Source: an uncultured virus (IMG/VR IMGVR_UViG_3300042987_002221) (taxonomy: Duplodnaviria > Heunggongvirae > Uroviricota > Caudoviricetes). From it: a stretch of 64,000 nt of DNA. A model generated the notes under the pieces. The model was not told the origin of the DNA and did not search any database. It saw only the letters and a list, made by a program, of their open reading frames with translations. How positions within the stretch are numbered: the first letter of the stretch is position 1; the number at the start of each line of letters is the position of its first letter. The stretch is from the IMG/VR virus record IMGVR_UViG_3300042987_002221, positions 1 to 64,000 of that record; one strand, 5' to 3'. A program made the position numbers and the translations under genes. Below are positions 20,299-30,939 of this stretch, piece after piece.

Positions 20299-21264
20299 TT
20301 ATCCTATAATTGTTTCATTATTTGCTGCTACACTATTTTTAATTGAATCAAAGTCATCTAAATACTTAGTTTCTTCAGCGGTTTGTAATTCAGGATCAAA
20401 ATTAAGGTTTCTCCAAAACTCAGCACCTGAACATTTGGAAAGAATATTTCCTGATAAAATATTTTTTGGATCAATAGAAGTTTTGCCTAATGTTTTCCTC
20501 ACATTATGCATGTCCTTTAATCCATATACCATTTCATCATTTTCTCTATGTATGTTTTCAATGTTAGTAAAATCATGTTGGTAGTATTCTTCGCCTAAGA
20601 AATCATAAATCTTTTTCATGGTTTCATTTGGATTGTTAATCAAATCGTTATATTCAATCAAGTGAATTTGTTTTTCTTTGCCTTCAGCAAATACTTGTTT
20701 GATTCCGCTATAACTAGCTCCTACTATTCCTCCGGTGCTACATAGAACTTCACATCTATTATCATCACTAAGCGGGATGTTGCTTTTAATTAGCATTTCA
20801 TCCAAGAATGGAATGCGTCCTTGTCCTGAAAATGGATTTCTACGATACATACTTATAAAAGAGGCAAGTATTTCTGATATGTCACGTACTGGACATAAAA
20901 CTTTTGGTTGGATATTAAAATAACCTGGAATATAATGCAATCTATTTACCCATGACCTGTTTTTGTCAACAATTACAGGCTTTTCAACGTCGCTATACCA
21001 ATTTTCTAGAACTCCTGAAATTATCTTTGCTGCTTGTTGTTGTTTTGGATAAGCCAAATATAACTCATCATTGGACAATGATTGTTCTAACGTAATCATT
21101 GTTGATACAACTGGTGAACTTGGTCCAGAGTAAAATCTAGGATTTTGATTTAGTATCGCAGATAACAATGTACTACCTGATCTGGGAAGACCAGACATAA
21201 AGTAATATGTTTTTTTATTTCTAATCATCTCTTCTCTAATAATTTCTCTGATCACATCCTTCAT
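20299..21264 (-). CDS. Sulfotransferase family protein
   Basis: PAPS-binding GLPRSGSTLL; VRDISEILASF motif. Confidence 0.85.
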   Translation of the reverse strand: MKDVIREIIREEMIRNKKTYYFMSGLPRSGSTLLSAILNQNPRFYSGPSSPVVSTMITLEQSLSNDELYLAYPKQQQAAKIISGVLENWYSDVEKPVIVDKNRSWVNRLHYIPGYFNIQPKVLCPVRDISEILASFISMYRRNPFSGQGRIPFLDEMLIKSNIPLSDDNRCEVLCSTGGIVGASYSGIKQVFAEGKEKQIHLIEYNDLINNPNETMKKIYDFLGEEYYQHDFTNIENIHRENDEMVYGLKDMHNVRKTLGKTSIDPKNILSGNILSKCSGAEFWRNLNFDPELQTAEETKYLDDFDSIKNSVAANNETIIG

Positions 21265-21273
21265 ACTTTTTCC

Positions 21274-22173
21274 TTATTGTTTATTTATTGACTCTATTAT
21301 CCTATCAATATTAAATAATTTAGTGTCTTCGGTAAACGGATATTCAACCTCATTGCCATTAAAATCAAAATCAAATAGATAGCTTCCTGGTAATTTAAAA
21401 TCATATGGTATATCTGTGCATAAATTTTCATGCATATCATATCCAAATACATTTGGACTTGTTCCGTTCCATAATACGGTACTAGGTTTTTTCAACGCTG
21501 AGGCTGCATGTTGCATACAGCTATCAATAAATACTCTTTTTCTAGCATGAAGTAATATGCTAAACAATTCCATTAAATTCAACGAATGTTGCGGAGTCGC
21601 AAAAATGTGTTCAGCATTTCTTAACTTTGGTGAATTCATTTTTGTTATTTGATATACATGATATTCTTTGTGGAAATAATTCACAATTTCTTGTGCAATA
21701 TCTTCTGGCATATCTCTTGTCCATGCATATGGTTTTGCGTCAGTTGTCATCATGCCTCCATTTGTGTGCAAAACCATTATAGGTTTATTTTTTGTCCAAA
21801 ATTTCTTCGACATATCATATTGTAATTTGTTAAATTTCAATATTGGTGTTTCACCTGAATACTTTAAATCATACATTTCACACCAATTTTCAATCAGTTT
21901 TTTTCTTTTATGAATATGATTTGTGGTGTAATACGGTTCATGATGAAATAGTATTGAGTCTTTATCTTGTACGTAGTTTTGATAAAAATAACTGGTATTG
22001 CCTATTTGAAATACACGATGAACAAAATCTAAATTTATAAACAAGTCTGGATAAGCACATACCACTATTAATTTTCTGTCTGGATGATTGTTTTTAATTG
22101 TTTTTGCAACGGCAGTTGCAGCAATATGTTTTCCTATTCCACCTTGAAGATGAAAAATACTATACTTTGACAT
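21274..22173 (-). CDS. GT-B glycosyltransferase (GT9-like)
   Basis: GGIGKHI N-terminal motif; FIDSCMQHAASALKKPSTVLW resembles the GT9 C-terminus. Confidence 0.65.
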   Translation of the reverse strand: MSKYSIFHLQGGIGKHIAATAVAKTIKNNHPDRKLIVVCAYPDLFINLDFVHRVFQIGNTSYFYQNYVQDKDSILFHHEPYYTTNHIHKRKKLIENWCEMYDLKYSGETPILKFNKLQYDMSKKFWTKNKPIMVLHTNGGMMTTDAKPYAWTRDMPEDIAQEIVNYFHKEYHVYQITKMNSPKLRNAEHIFATPQHSLNLMELFSILLHARKRVFIDSCMQHAASALKKPSTVLWNGTSPNVFGYDMHENLCTDIPYDFKLPGSYLFDFDFNGNEVEYPFTEDTKLFNIDRIIESINKQ

Positions 22174-22176
22174 CAA

Positions 22177-22908
22177 TTATTCCTTTAGTCTATATTGATT
22201 AACTAGATCCCAATTTTTTGAATTTAAAAAATGGTTAAATTTGTATGCATTTTTTGAATCTAAATTGATTCTTTTTTGTACGTCACTGTCCTTATCAAAC
22301 GCAACAATGGTTTTGCTTATTTCACCCTTAATTTTACTAGTCTTCAATGTATATATGTTTTTACAACACTGTATCAAATAATCATCCCCGAACCATATTT
22401 GATATAAACTTGGAATAACTCTATAAGAACTTCTTTTGATAAACATGCAAACACCAAATGCATAACTTTGCCCACCAATTGGTTGCTTTTTGTTTACTTT
22501 TAATTTTATCAATTCATCTTGAAGGTCAGGATGCTCAACTATATGATAATTATCTACACTACCTTTAAGATGAACTCCTATTAAATCTATTTCAGTAAAG
22601 TCTAACTCAGACATGTAATAAAACAATGTATCATTAACATGAATATCATCATTTAATATACATAAAATATCACTCTTACTACGATAATATCCTTCATTCC
22701 AGGCTGGATTCACATATATGTTTCTTCCATATGAAACTAATTCTAGTTTTGGATGACGTAAAATGTCACTATTTGGTCTTTTTGATTGGTCGTTATCTAT
22801 CAAAATAATCTTATTGATATAGCTACTAGCGCAATATTCTGCTAAATATTCAGTAAATTTTTCATCACGCCACATTGTGGGAATAACAACATCAATTGCG
22901 TTCTTCAT
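22177..22908 (-). CDS. Glycosyltransferase family 2-like
   Basis: VVIPT, IILIDN, NPAWNEG and ILNDD motifs. Confidence 0.8.
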   Translation of the reverse strand: MKNAIDVVIPTMWRDEKFTEYLAEYCASSYINKIILIDNDQSKRPNSDILRHPKLELVSYGRNIYVNPAWNEGYYRSKSDILCILNDDIHVNDTLFYYMSELDFTEIDLIGVHLKGSVDNYHIVEHPDLQDELIKLKVNKKQPIGGQSYAFGVCMFIKRSSYRVIPSLYQIWFGDDYLIQCCKNIYTLKTSKIKGEISKTIVAFDKDSDVQKRINLDSKNAYKFNHFLNSKNWDLVNQYRLKE

Positions 22909-23713
22909 CTAACAATTCATCAATAATAGTGTATATATTATGTTTTGGTATGAAGCCTAAATTTCTCAACTTGTCACAGTTCATATAAAAAGATTTAGTT
23001 TGAACTATTTTATGAAAATCACTTTGTTCGACCACATTTACTGTACTATTTGATTTAGATGTTTTTACAATGTAGTTGATTGCATCTTTAAACAACACAG
23101 GGTTTCCAGTACCTACATTATAAATTTCGTTGGTATTTCCATTAGTTAAAATTAAATTGATTGCATTGCAAACATCATTGACATGTATGTAATCTCTGTA
23201 AAAATTACCATCATCATATAAATTTATTTCTTCGTTGTTTTTTAATTTGTTGAGCAAAAAGGTCAATGCATTTTTCTTGTTAGAAACATTTTTGTCACCT
23301 AACCCCAATACATTAGCAAATCGTAGTATCCTATATTTTATTCCATACGTTTCACAATAGGAAATTAAAAGTTGTTCTGCTGAACGTTTAGTTATTGAAT
23401 AAAATCCTTTTGGATTGCAATAACTATTTTCATCAGCATTTAAAGGTACATCACCATAAACAAACCAAGAACTTGCAAAGTTAAATACTACATCTTCAAA
23501 TTGTCTAGCATTTTCTAATACACGTATCAAAGTGGTTAAATTGGTTTCAATATCAATGTATGGATTAATTTTTACATTGTAGTTATCAGTGGTACTAATT
23601 AGGTAAAGTATATTATTTGTTTTTGGTACAAGATCATTTCTATGATTAGCTATACATGGATACACACTAGAATAGTGTGAACCTATAAATCCTTTACCAA
23701 ACAAGTTTACCAT
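22892..23713 (-). CDS. NAD-dependent nucleotide-sugar epimerase/dehydratase
   Basis: GxGFIG, ASSWFVYG, YSITK (YxxxK) and RDYIHVND motifs. Confidence 0.85.
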   Translation of the reverse strand: MVNLFGKGFIGSHYSSVYPCIANHRNDLVPKTNNILYLISTTDNYNVKINPYIDIETNLTTLIRVLENARQFEDVVFNFASSWFVYGDVPLNADENSYCNPKGFYSITKRSAEQLLISYCETYGIKYRILRFANVLGLGDKNVSNKKNALTFLLNKLKNNEEINLYDDGNFYRDYIHVNDVCNAINLILTNGNTNEIYNVGTGNPVLFKDAINYIVKTSKSNSTVNVVEQSDFHKIVQTKSFYMNCDKLRNLGFIPKHNIYTIIDELLDEERN

Positions 23714-24981
23714 GCCTTTATAACCTCATCAATGTATTGAAGTACTTTGTCGTTATAAGCAGGGCTGCAACCTAAAAAGAAAACCAAATCAAGTGTTTTG
23801 TTTGCATTTGGAAACTTTTTGTAGTCATCTAAATGTTTATATGCTGGATGAAATAGAATGTTCCCTCCAAAGTAATTTCTAGTTTGAATCTTGTTGCTTT
23901 CAAAGTAATCAACTAATAGTTCTTTTTGACCTTGTTCTTTGCAAAGAATAGGTACTCCAAACCAACATGGATCACTGTCCTGCAATATTTTTACCTTACG
24001 CACATCAAGATGTTTATGGCAAGATTCTTCTATGAAGTTTTTATGTGCTTTACGTTTTGTATCAATCTCTTCAAATTTGGTTAATTGTACAGAACCAACT
24101 GCACCCTGTAAGTCTAATGGCTTAAGATTATACCCTATGTTTCCGTAGATATACTTGTGATCAATTATACCATCATAGTTTTCTAACCAATAATCAAAAC
24201 GTTTACCACAAGTACCGCATGGTAGTGTATTGTTAACACCCACACAATAACAATCTCTACCCCACCAGCTAATACTACGTGTTAGGTCATATAGATGTTG
24301 GTCGTTGGTGCATACCATTCCACCCTCACCAGTGGATATATGATGTGCCGGATAAAAACTACAACTCCAACTGTAGTAGTATTCATGTATATATTTACCT
24401 TTATATTTTGATCCTAGACTGTCGCAATTGTCTCCGATTAAAAGAATATTATGTTTGTCACATATCTTCTTTATTTCATCAAGATCAGGTGGATTACCTA
24501 AAACTGGTGAAACAAAGATTGCTTTCGTTTTATTTGTAATCGCATCTTCAATCTGATTGATATCAAAGTTTAGTGTATTGAACTCAATGTCAATAAAAAC
24601 TGGTTTTAAGTTGTTTTGAATTATTGGTGCGATAGTAGTTGGAAAACCAACTGGTGAAACAATGATTTCATCAAAGTCTTTCCATCTGAATCTTTTCTTC
24701 AATGCAGTAATCATTGTAAGATTAGCCGAACTACCAGAGTTTACCATATGTGAAAATTTGACTTTAAACTTTTCACTGAATTCTGATTGAAATTTTTCTA
24801 CTAGTTCACCGCTTACTATCCAGTTACCCTTCAATACTGCATTTAAAATAGCATATAGTTCTTTGCTATCCCAGTATGGTCCTGAATAAAGAACCTTTGA
24901 TTCTTTTGGAACAAAATTGTCATAGTTTGGCATGTATGAAGGATGAAATTGTTCGCTTATTTGTTTTAAGATGTTGTCCAT
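23707..24981 (-). CDS. rfbH: CDP-4-keto-6-deoxyglucose 3-dehydratase-like (RfbH/DdhC, DegT family)
   Basis: VNSGSSANL; SFYPAHHISTGEGG with His at the usual PLP-lysine position; Cys cluster GRDCYC...CGTCGKRF; DHKY. Confidence 0.85.
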   Translation of the reverse strand: MDNILKQISEQFHPSYMPNYDNFVPKESKVLYSGPYWDSKELYAILNAVLKGNWIVSGELVEKFQSEFSEKFKVKFSHMVNSGSSANLTMITALKKRFRWKDFDEIIVSPVGFPTTIAPIIQNNLKPVFIDIEFNTLNFDINQIEDAITNKTKAIFVSPVLGNPPDLDEIKKICDKHNILLIGDNCDSLGSKYKGKYIHEYYYSWSCSFYPAHHISTGEGGMVCTNDQHLYDLTRSISWWGRDCYCVGVNNTLPCGTCGKRFDYWLENYDGIIDHKYIYGNIGYNLKPLDLQGAVGSVQLTKFEEIDTKRKAHKNFIEESCHKHLDVRKVKILQDSDPCWFGVPILCKEQGQKELLVDYFESNKIQTRNYFGGNILFHPAYKHLDDYKKFPNANKTLDLVFFLGCSPAYNDKVLQYIDEVIKAW

Positions 24982-24984
24982 AAT

Positions 24985-25716
24985 TTATATTGTATAGTAT
25001 TTGATTGGGACAATATTGTTTATGCCCAAAAAGTAATTAGAATTGAAATAGATGATATTCAAAATTCGTTCTGCTAAAAATGCTAGTAGACGTTTATCGT
25101 TGGGGTTCCTTCCAGTATGAATACCAAATTGTGTGAATTCTAATAGATATTTAGATCCTCTGTATAGCTCAAAAATTATATCAAACAATATTTGACAGAC
25201 TTTATCAAATAGGGTCTTATGAGCAAAAAAAGTATTACAGGTTGATAGTTTATTAGTATGAAAAAGACTGTTAAACATACGTTCATCTATTGAAACGTTA
25301 TTCAACGAGATAGCCTTTTTCAAAAGCTTCATGCCCAAATCACCGTGTGATGCAATATATTGATCCCAAACACTTATTCTAAAAGTTACAAAATCTGAAA
25401 CATATAACGTTTTTTTATCAAGGGGAAATAATGTTTTCAACTCATGATCGTCATAGAATCTTCTGTATTGGTTAGTGCCTACAAATTCTTCATTTGTATT
25501 TTTCCATATCCAATATAACCCGGTTAAATCACCCAGCAAATTATTTAAGTGTGAAACATTTTGAAAAGTATCATCTAAAATATAACCATTATTAATGCAA
25601 TCTTGTTTAATAGGATCAGACAAGTAATAAGAACCGCACATTAATGTTTTTTGATTGCATTGTGTATGCAATGGTTTTTTGCCTTCAAAACTATTACAAT
25701 ATAGAGTTAGATTCAT
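24985..25716 (-). CDS. DUF4422-like polysaccharide biosynthesis protein
   Basis: GDLTGLYWIWKN, VGTNQYRRF and FLAER motifs. Confidence 0.7.
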   Translation of the reverse strand: MNLTLYCNSFEGKKPLHTQCNQKTLMCGSYYLSDPIKQDCINNGYILDDTFQNVSHLNNLLGDLTGLYWIWKNTNEEFVGTNQYRRFYDDHELKTLFPLDKKTLYVSDFVTFRISVWDQYIASHGDLGMKLLKKAISLNNVSIDERMFNSLFHTNKLSTCNTFFAHKTLFDKVCQILFDIIFELYRGSKYLLEFTQFGIHTGRNPNDKRLLAFLAERILNIIYFNSNYFLGINNIVPIKYYTI

Positions 25717-26353
25717 TTTTGCTAATGCTATTTAAGAAATCACCCTTATACATTTTGTTACCAATATGATATGCGGTATATTTAGGATTAACCCAAATTT
25801 TGTAACCTAACTCTTTTATTTTTCTACACAACGTAATATCTTCACCTACAAACAATCCATTGATATACGTAAACTCGCAAATATTTCTTAATTTTTTATT
25901 TCTAAAAACTAACTCAGTATTTGATTCATACAAATCAACAACTACTTTTCTTGACATTTTCAAGAAACCAGTTCCTGTAGATTTTATTTCAAAATACCCA
26001 TCAACATCTTTTTTTATTTGGTCGTAGTAGATGTTGAATTCTATTTTTTTGTCTCCTTTGTTTACTACAGGCATAGCAACTACATCCTTTTCGGATAATA
26101 TAATTTCAATTAATCCAGCTGGTTCCCATGATTCATCATCATCTATGAAAACCATAGAGTCGTAATTTTCGTTGTATGCTAATTTGAATAATTCATTCCT
26201 CGCCATTGGCAAAATACTTTCGTTGGCTAAAAATATACATTTAATATCCAAACCGTGTCTTAACCCTAACTTAATACTTTCGCACAAACTATTCACAAAA
26301 TAAGCATCAACTTTTTGATCTAAACATGGTGTAGCTATAAGTATTTTTTTCAT
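25694..26353 (-). CDS. GT-A glycosyltransferase
   Basis: ILIATP, ARNEL, FIDDD, GTGF and GEDITLC motifs. Confidence 0.8.
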   Translation of the reverse strand: MKKILIATPCLDQKVDAYFVNSLCESIKLGLRHGLDIKCIFLANESILPMARNELFKLAYNENYDSMVFIDDDESWEPAGLIEIILSEKDVVAMPVVNKGDKKIEFNIYYDQIKKDVDGYFEIKSTGTGFLKMSRKVVVDLYESNTELVFRNKKLRNICEFTYINGLFVGEDITLCRKIKELGYKIWVNPKYTAYHIGNKMYKGDFLNSISKNESNSIL

Positions 26354-27165
26354 ATGATTATACTATCCCAAATTGGTTTCCAATCTATATATGGATCTTT
26401 TTCTGAATCAGTTTGCATATGAAAAGTTAATCCATTGATGGGAGTAACTCCTAACACACCTCTTTGTGTAAACATATAATTTAATGATTTGTTTTCTAAA
26501 TCAATGACGTTTCCATTTATAATTTTTTTTCTAATCAAGTCGTAAAAAACATCATATAAATCTAAATGTTGTACAAATTGATGTTGACTAGTTAAAAAAC
26601 TGCAACTAGTGTCATAAACCTGACACCAATAACTGTGCTTACCTAATTCAATTAATCTAGGTACAGACCTACCTTTGTAATTTCTCATAAAATCAGGATC
26701 TATGTATGGGCAGATAATTGGATGTGTATTGTAGTTTTGATATAATTGGTAAAACATATCAATTGAATGATAAAGTGCTGGCTCAGTAAAAATATAATCA
26801 TCTTGTACTTGATAAACTAAATTTGAACCATTGTCTTTTAACCATTCATAACAATATTGAATACTGTTAGCTATGCCTGCTTTGTTTAAATGTTCGACTT
26901 CAATACTTAATTGTTCTGATATGTTTTTTTCAACGCAATTATCAATATATGTTTTTAACTCGTCAGAACAATCGTCTGCAAAAATTTTAACCTCGTGAAA
27001 AGTTTTAGGCTCTTTGTTAATACAAAAATTAATAGAATTCAAAAAAGATACCAAAGATTTTTTTGATAGTTCAGTCCTGTTATCGGTGCAAAATCTTTTA
27101 TTACCTTGGTAACTTCTTACATCACACATCTGAAGAGCATAATTGATTTTGATTTTTTCGTTCAT
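26350..27165 (-). CDS. Glycosyltransferase-like protein
   Basis: VYQVQDDY DxD-like motif; operon context. Confidence 0.55.
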   Translation of the reverse strand: MNEKIKINYALQMCDVRSYQGNKRFCTDNRTELSKKSLVSFLNSINFCINKEPKTFHEVKIFADDCSDELKTYIDNCVEKNISEQLSIEVEHLNKAGIANSIQYCYEWLKDNGSNLVYQVQDDYIFTEPALYHSIDMFYQLYQNYNTHPIICPYIDPDFMRNYKGRSVPRLIELGKHSYWCQVYDTSCSFLTSQHQFVQHLDLYDVFYDLIRKKIINGNVIDLENKSLNYMFTQRGVLGVTPINGLTFHMQTDSEKDPYIDWKPIWDSIII

Positions 27166-27893
27166 TTGCTTATTCCTAAAATGTTATTGCCTATAATCTC
27201 TATACTGTAATTCAATTGATTAAAAATAGATTCTAATTCTTCTTTAATTGAACGATTATTATCAAAGTATTCTACGAAAATTACAGGTTTGAAACGTTCA
27301 ATAGTTGTTTTTGCACCTTGTAGTACATCAATATCCATTCCTTCAACATCAACTTTAATGAGATCAATATTTGTTATATTGAAACCATTTACAAATGCGT
27401 CTAATGTACAAAGATCAATGATGGATCGGTCAGATTTTTCATTTATAGTGTCGTTAACTAAACTGAAAGTTCCAAAATCATTTGGTTGATTGTAATTAGG
27501 TTCTAAGAATTCTATTCTAGAATTTTCTTTCCCCAATGCCATGTTATACGCATGTACATTGAATAAATTGTTGATTGCTAAATTACCACATAGCATTTGA
27601 AAAACTAATCGTTGTGGTTCAAAACTATAAATTTTACCATTTGGAAAGTAAGTTGACATCCAAGTAGTGAATGCACCTATGTTTGCTCCAATATCAAATA
27701 TGATTGGTTTTTCAATGTGACGAATAGCATTTATACATGCATTTGCTTCTACTGTGCAAATATTACCATGATCTAAAATGAATTGTCCATTACCAACCAT
27801 ATTTTGATTGTGGTCAAATCTATTAACAATCATTAATCCTTGATCAGAAGAAACTAAAACGTTTCTTCTGATTTTGTCAGAGACATGCCACAT
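27162..27893 (-). CDS. FkbM-family SAM methyltransferase
   Basis: FDIGANIG, SFEP, IKVDVEG and PVIFVE motifs. Confidence 0.9.
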   Translation of the reverse strand: MWHVSDKIRRNVLVSSDQGLMIVNRFDHNQNMVGNGQFILDHGNICTVEANACINAIRHIEKPIIFDIGANIGAFTTWMSTYFPNGKIYSFEPQRLVFQMLCGNLAINNLFNVHAYNMALGKENSRIEFLEPNYNQPNDFGTFSLVNDTINEKSDRSIIDLCTLDAFVNGFNITNIDLIKVDVEGMDIDVLQGAKTTIERFKPVIFVEYFDNNRSIKEELESIFNQLNYSIEIIGNNILGISK

Positions 27894-27894
27894 A

Positions 27895-28491
27895 TTAAAC
27901 TAAATGTTCAAATCTACCTGGTTTGTGAACACGTATAAAAATGTTCAATGTCTCGCATATGTTTGACATTGTGTTTAGTTTAATATCTAGTTCTTTGTTT
28001 CCCATCATACCTTGTTCTACTTGTGAACTCCAATAAGGAATAATGTTATATGTAGCATCATATACGTCTAAATCTACCGAATGATAAATTCCAAATGTAC
28101 TTTCACTTAGTCCACGTTGAATAGTGTCATAGTTAAACTTTTGATCAAACATTTTAAATGTTTTAGCAGAAAGAGGTCGTACATGAGTATAATCATCCCA
28201 AAACAAATCACAACGATGATGTGGTACACAAATATACCATTCTGCTTTATCTTGACTAACACGATACATTTCTTTGATTATATTGGTAAAAACTTTGGGA
28301 TTTTGACCTAAATGTTCTAAGATGTTATCACAAGTAATTTTTGTAAAAAAGTTGTCTTCAAATGGCCAGGGTGTTTGATCTAAATCAAGTACTTGATCTG
28401 GATTACATTTTGGTTCAATGTCAACATTCCAATGGTCAAATAACTTTTTAAAACCACAGCCCATGTTTAGTTTTGTCGATTCTGGTGTCAT
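27895..28491 (-). CDS. Class I SAM-dependent methyltransferase
   Basis: LNMGCG, ILEHL, EMYRV and DYTH motifs. Confidence 0.8.
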   Translation of the reverse strand: MTPESTKLNMGCGFKKLFDHWNVDIEPKCNPDQVLDLDQTPWPFEDNFFTKITCDNILEHLGQNPKVFTNIIKEMYRVSQDKAEWYICVPHHRCDLFWDDYTHVRPLSAKTFKMFDQKFNYDTIQRGLSESTFGIYHSVDLDVYDATYNIIPYWSSQVEQGMMGNKELDIKLNTMSNICETLNIFIRVHKPGRFEHLV

Positions 28492-28493
28492 AT

Positions 28494-29156
28494 TTATTTT
28501 TTCCTTACTTTAATAATTGTTTCGCCTGGTAAATCATATGCATAAAATCCAGTTTGGATAATTGCAACGTCATCTGCCTTAATCATTACATCTGCACTCT
28601 CGTATATACCCCTATCTAACACGTTGGTAAATAATTTTCTTGCTGATGCAGGATCTATAGAATATGCATGTGCCCTGTTAATAAAATTCCAATTTTGATT
28701 AATTGCACTGAAGCCAGGAATAATATTGTCATATTTTTTTGGATTTCTCAAATCATCTTGCGAACCCAAATAAACTATCCCGTTGTAAATTTCATGTCTT
28801 GTGTAGGGTTTTACCATTATTGCATCATGCTCTAAAATTACCAATGGTTGGTCTTGTTCCATACATTTGACCCACAATGAAATATGGCTTAAACTACAGG
28901 CAACCTCTGCTAAACTTTGATAATGATCAGTAATTTTTAACCACTTATACCAACTTTGATTTTTGATATGTTCCGGCACAATAATTTCTTTTCCTGTGCC
29001 ATCGAAACCTTCATACAATGAAGCATTGTAATTTATCTTTTTACAACTTTCTAAACATCTGTTTGCAAGTTCAACGGAAAGTTGGTTATTAGGCACATGA
29101 ATGATATATGCCTGAGAAACGTCTAGATTGTAACTGTGATAGAATAAATTTTTCAT
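28494..29156 (-). CDS. GT25-like glycosyltransferase
   Basis: ACSLSHISLW and ILEHDA motifs; ATG at 29156 overlaps the upstream stop (ATGA). Confidence 0.7.
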   Translation of the reverse strand: MKNLFYHSYNLDVSQAYIIHVPNNQLSVELANRCLESCKKINYNASLYEGFDGTGKEIIVPEHIKNQSWYKWLKITDHYQSLAEVACSLSHISLWVKCMEQDQPLVILEHDAIMVKPYTRHEIYNGIVYLGSQDDLRNPKKYDNIIPGFSAINQNWNFINRAHAYSIDPASARKLFTNVLDRGIYESADVMIKADDVAIIQTGFYAYDLPGETIIKVRKK

Positions 29157-30334
29157 AGTAAAGTTAAACATTTAGTTATTGCACCTGACCAATCACATGG
29201 ATAATCCTGATGTATGCAATATGCATTATCATACCATTCTGATTTGCCTAAATCTTGATTATGATTCCATGTAAAATATGCAGCAGCATGAATTAATACT
29301 ATTGTTTTTATGCCTAAAGCTGAGGCAGCATGACTAATACTGGTATCGCAAGTAACCACTACATCGCATGTACTTATTAAAGCTAATGTATCTTCCCAAG
29401 AATCAAAATTGATATATCTTATAGCATCATGAGTTTCATCAATTTCTTTTTGTAAATTAATTACTTCTCCATAATTTTGTAATTTACTTGCAAGTTCATG
29501 TAGTGGTAATTTTCTTAGATTTGTTTCAACATGAGTCTTTTCTCCCTGAACACATAATCCTATTCTTTTTTTAGTTTTGGGATATATGTTGTTGTACATT
29601 TCTATTAGACTAGAATCTGCGGTTAAGTAGGTAGATGATGTAGGCTGTTCAATACCCAACACATACGCCAAACTCATTATTGGTATCAGGTAAATATCGT
29701 TGTCAAATTTGTTCAATTCTGTCATTGGTTTGATGTCAAAATTTCTACAAAAAGTTTTAGTTAGTCCTGTGCCATCGTAATATAATTCATCGCATAGTTC
29801 TTTTAGCATGGGTATATATCTAGCAAAAATTATTTGATCTCCAAAACCAGATTCTTCTGCTATTACCAATGTTTTTACTTTAGAACCTTTCCAAAGTTTA
29901 TATCTATAGTTAGGTTCTCTTTTCCACCAATATGAATTAGTCCTAGCTTGTTCAGTAATTGCAAATGCTTCTTTGGTTTTACCTTCTTTATGTAAAAACC
30001 AACTAAGTGCCAAACATCTAGTTGGATCATCTGAAATTTCTTTTGCTGTGTTATATGCTTCTTCATGACGATTAAGATATCGTAAAAAATTAGCTTTGTC
30101 ACGTTTTAGTTCAAAACTATCGTTCACTTGAAGGTTTTCTTGTAGTTCTAATACTTTAAATGCATTTGGAACATCATTGGATAAAAAATAACACATTCTC
30201 ATGTTTGCGTAAATTTTATCCAAAATTATTGGATTTGAAATAAATTCAGAAGTCATTTTTAAAACTTGTGCTGAATCTTTATAGCGTTTGTTTTCAAACA
30301 AAAACTTAGCACCTTCAATTAAATTATCTAACAT
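29153..30334 (-). CDS. TPR-like domain plus GT9-like glycosyltransferase
   Basis: Helical N-terminus; EESGFGDQIIFARY and CDTSISHAASALG motifs. Confidence 0.75.
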   Translation of the reverse strand: MLDNLIEGAKFLFENKRYKDSAQVLKMTSEFISNPIILDKIYANMRMCYFLSNDVPNAFKVLELQENLQVNDSFELKRDKANFLRYLNRHEEAYNTAKEISDDPTRCLALSWFLHKEGKTKEAFAITEQARTNSYWWKREPNYRYKLWKGSKVKTLVIAEESGFGDQIIFARYIPMLKELCDELYYDGTGLTKTFCRNFDIKPMTELNKFDNDIYLIPIMSLAYVLGIEQPTSSTYLTADSSLIEMYNNIYPKTKKRIGLCVQGEKTHVETNLRKLPLHELASKLQNYGEVINLQKEIDETHDAIRYINFDSWEDTLALISTCDVVVTCDTSISHAASALGIKTIVLIHAAAYFTWNHNQDLGKSEWYDNAYCIHQDYPCDWSGAITKCLTLL

Positions 30335-30353
30335 AATATTTTTGGTATGTAAA

Positions 30354-30938
30354 TTACAATTTTTGTAAAACTATCTCTATTGCACTTTCTGAAAAAGTAT
30401 ATCTTGTTTGATCAACACCGTGTATAGATTTGTAATATAGATTATCTAGTAATTCTATTTTTTTAATTGATACTTGATTTTTGACTGTAGAAAGCAAATC
30501 AAAAATGTTAATGCTTTTTGGGCTCCAAGATTTGTCTTTGTTTATAGTAAATGAAAATTTATGATCGCCGTTAAAAGCAGAGGGCCACATTTGTTGTTCG
30601 TATAAATCTTCATCTGGAACAGTAATGATCAAATATCCTTTACTTTTAATAACTCTTAGCCAATTTTTCAATGCTATATGCGGGGCCAACATATGTTCTA
30701 AACAATGACTGCTAACAGCAAAATCAAATAAATTATCTGGAACATCAACCAAATATTGTGCATCACCGTGCTGTATATCCCATGAATCAATGTGTTGTAT
30801 TAATGGGAAAAACTCTTTATATTTTTCTAAGCTATCTTCACCTGCACCTATATCAATTCCCCTACCTACAAAATATTCTCTAGTAAAACGTGAATCGTTT
30901 AACCGTCTTATAACAGACTTTTGCATTTCATTAGCCAT
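30354..30938 (-). CDS. Class I SAM-dependent methyltransferase
   Basis: GIDIGAG, SSHCLEH and WLRVIKSKGYLIITVPD motifs. Confidence 0.85.
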   Translation of the reverse strand: MANEMQKSVIRRLNDSRFTREYFVGRGIDIGAGEDSLEKYKEFFPLIQHIDSWDIQHGDAQYLVDVPDNLFDFAVSSHCLEHMLAPHIALKNWLRVIKSKGYLIITVPDEDLYEQQMWPSAFNGDHKFSFTINKDKSWSPKSINIFDLLSTVKNQVSIKKIELLDNLYYKSIHGVDQTRYTFSESAIEIVLQKL

Positions 30939-30939
30939 A

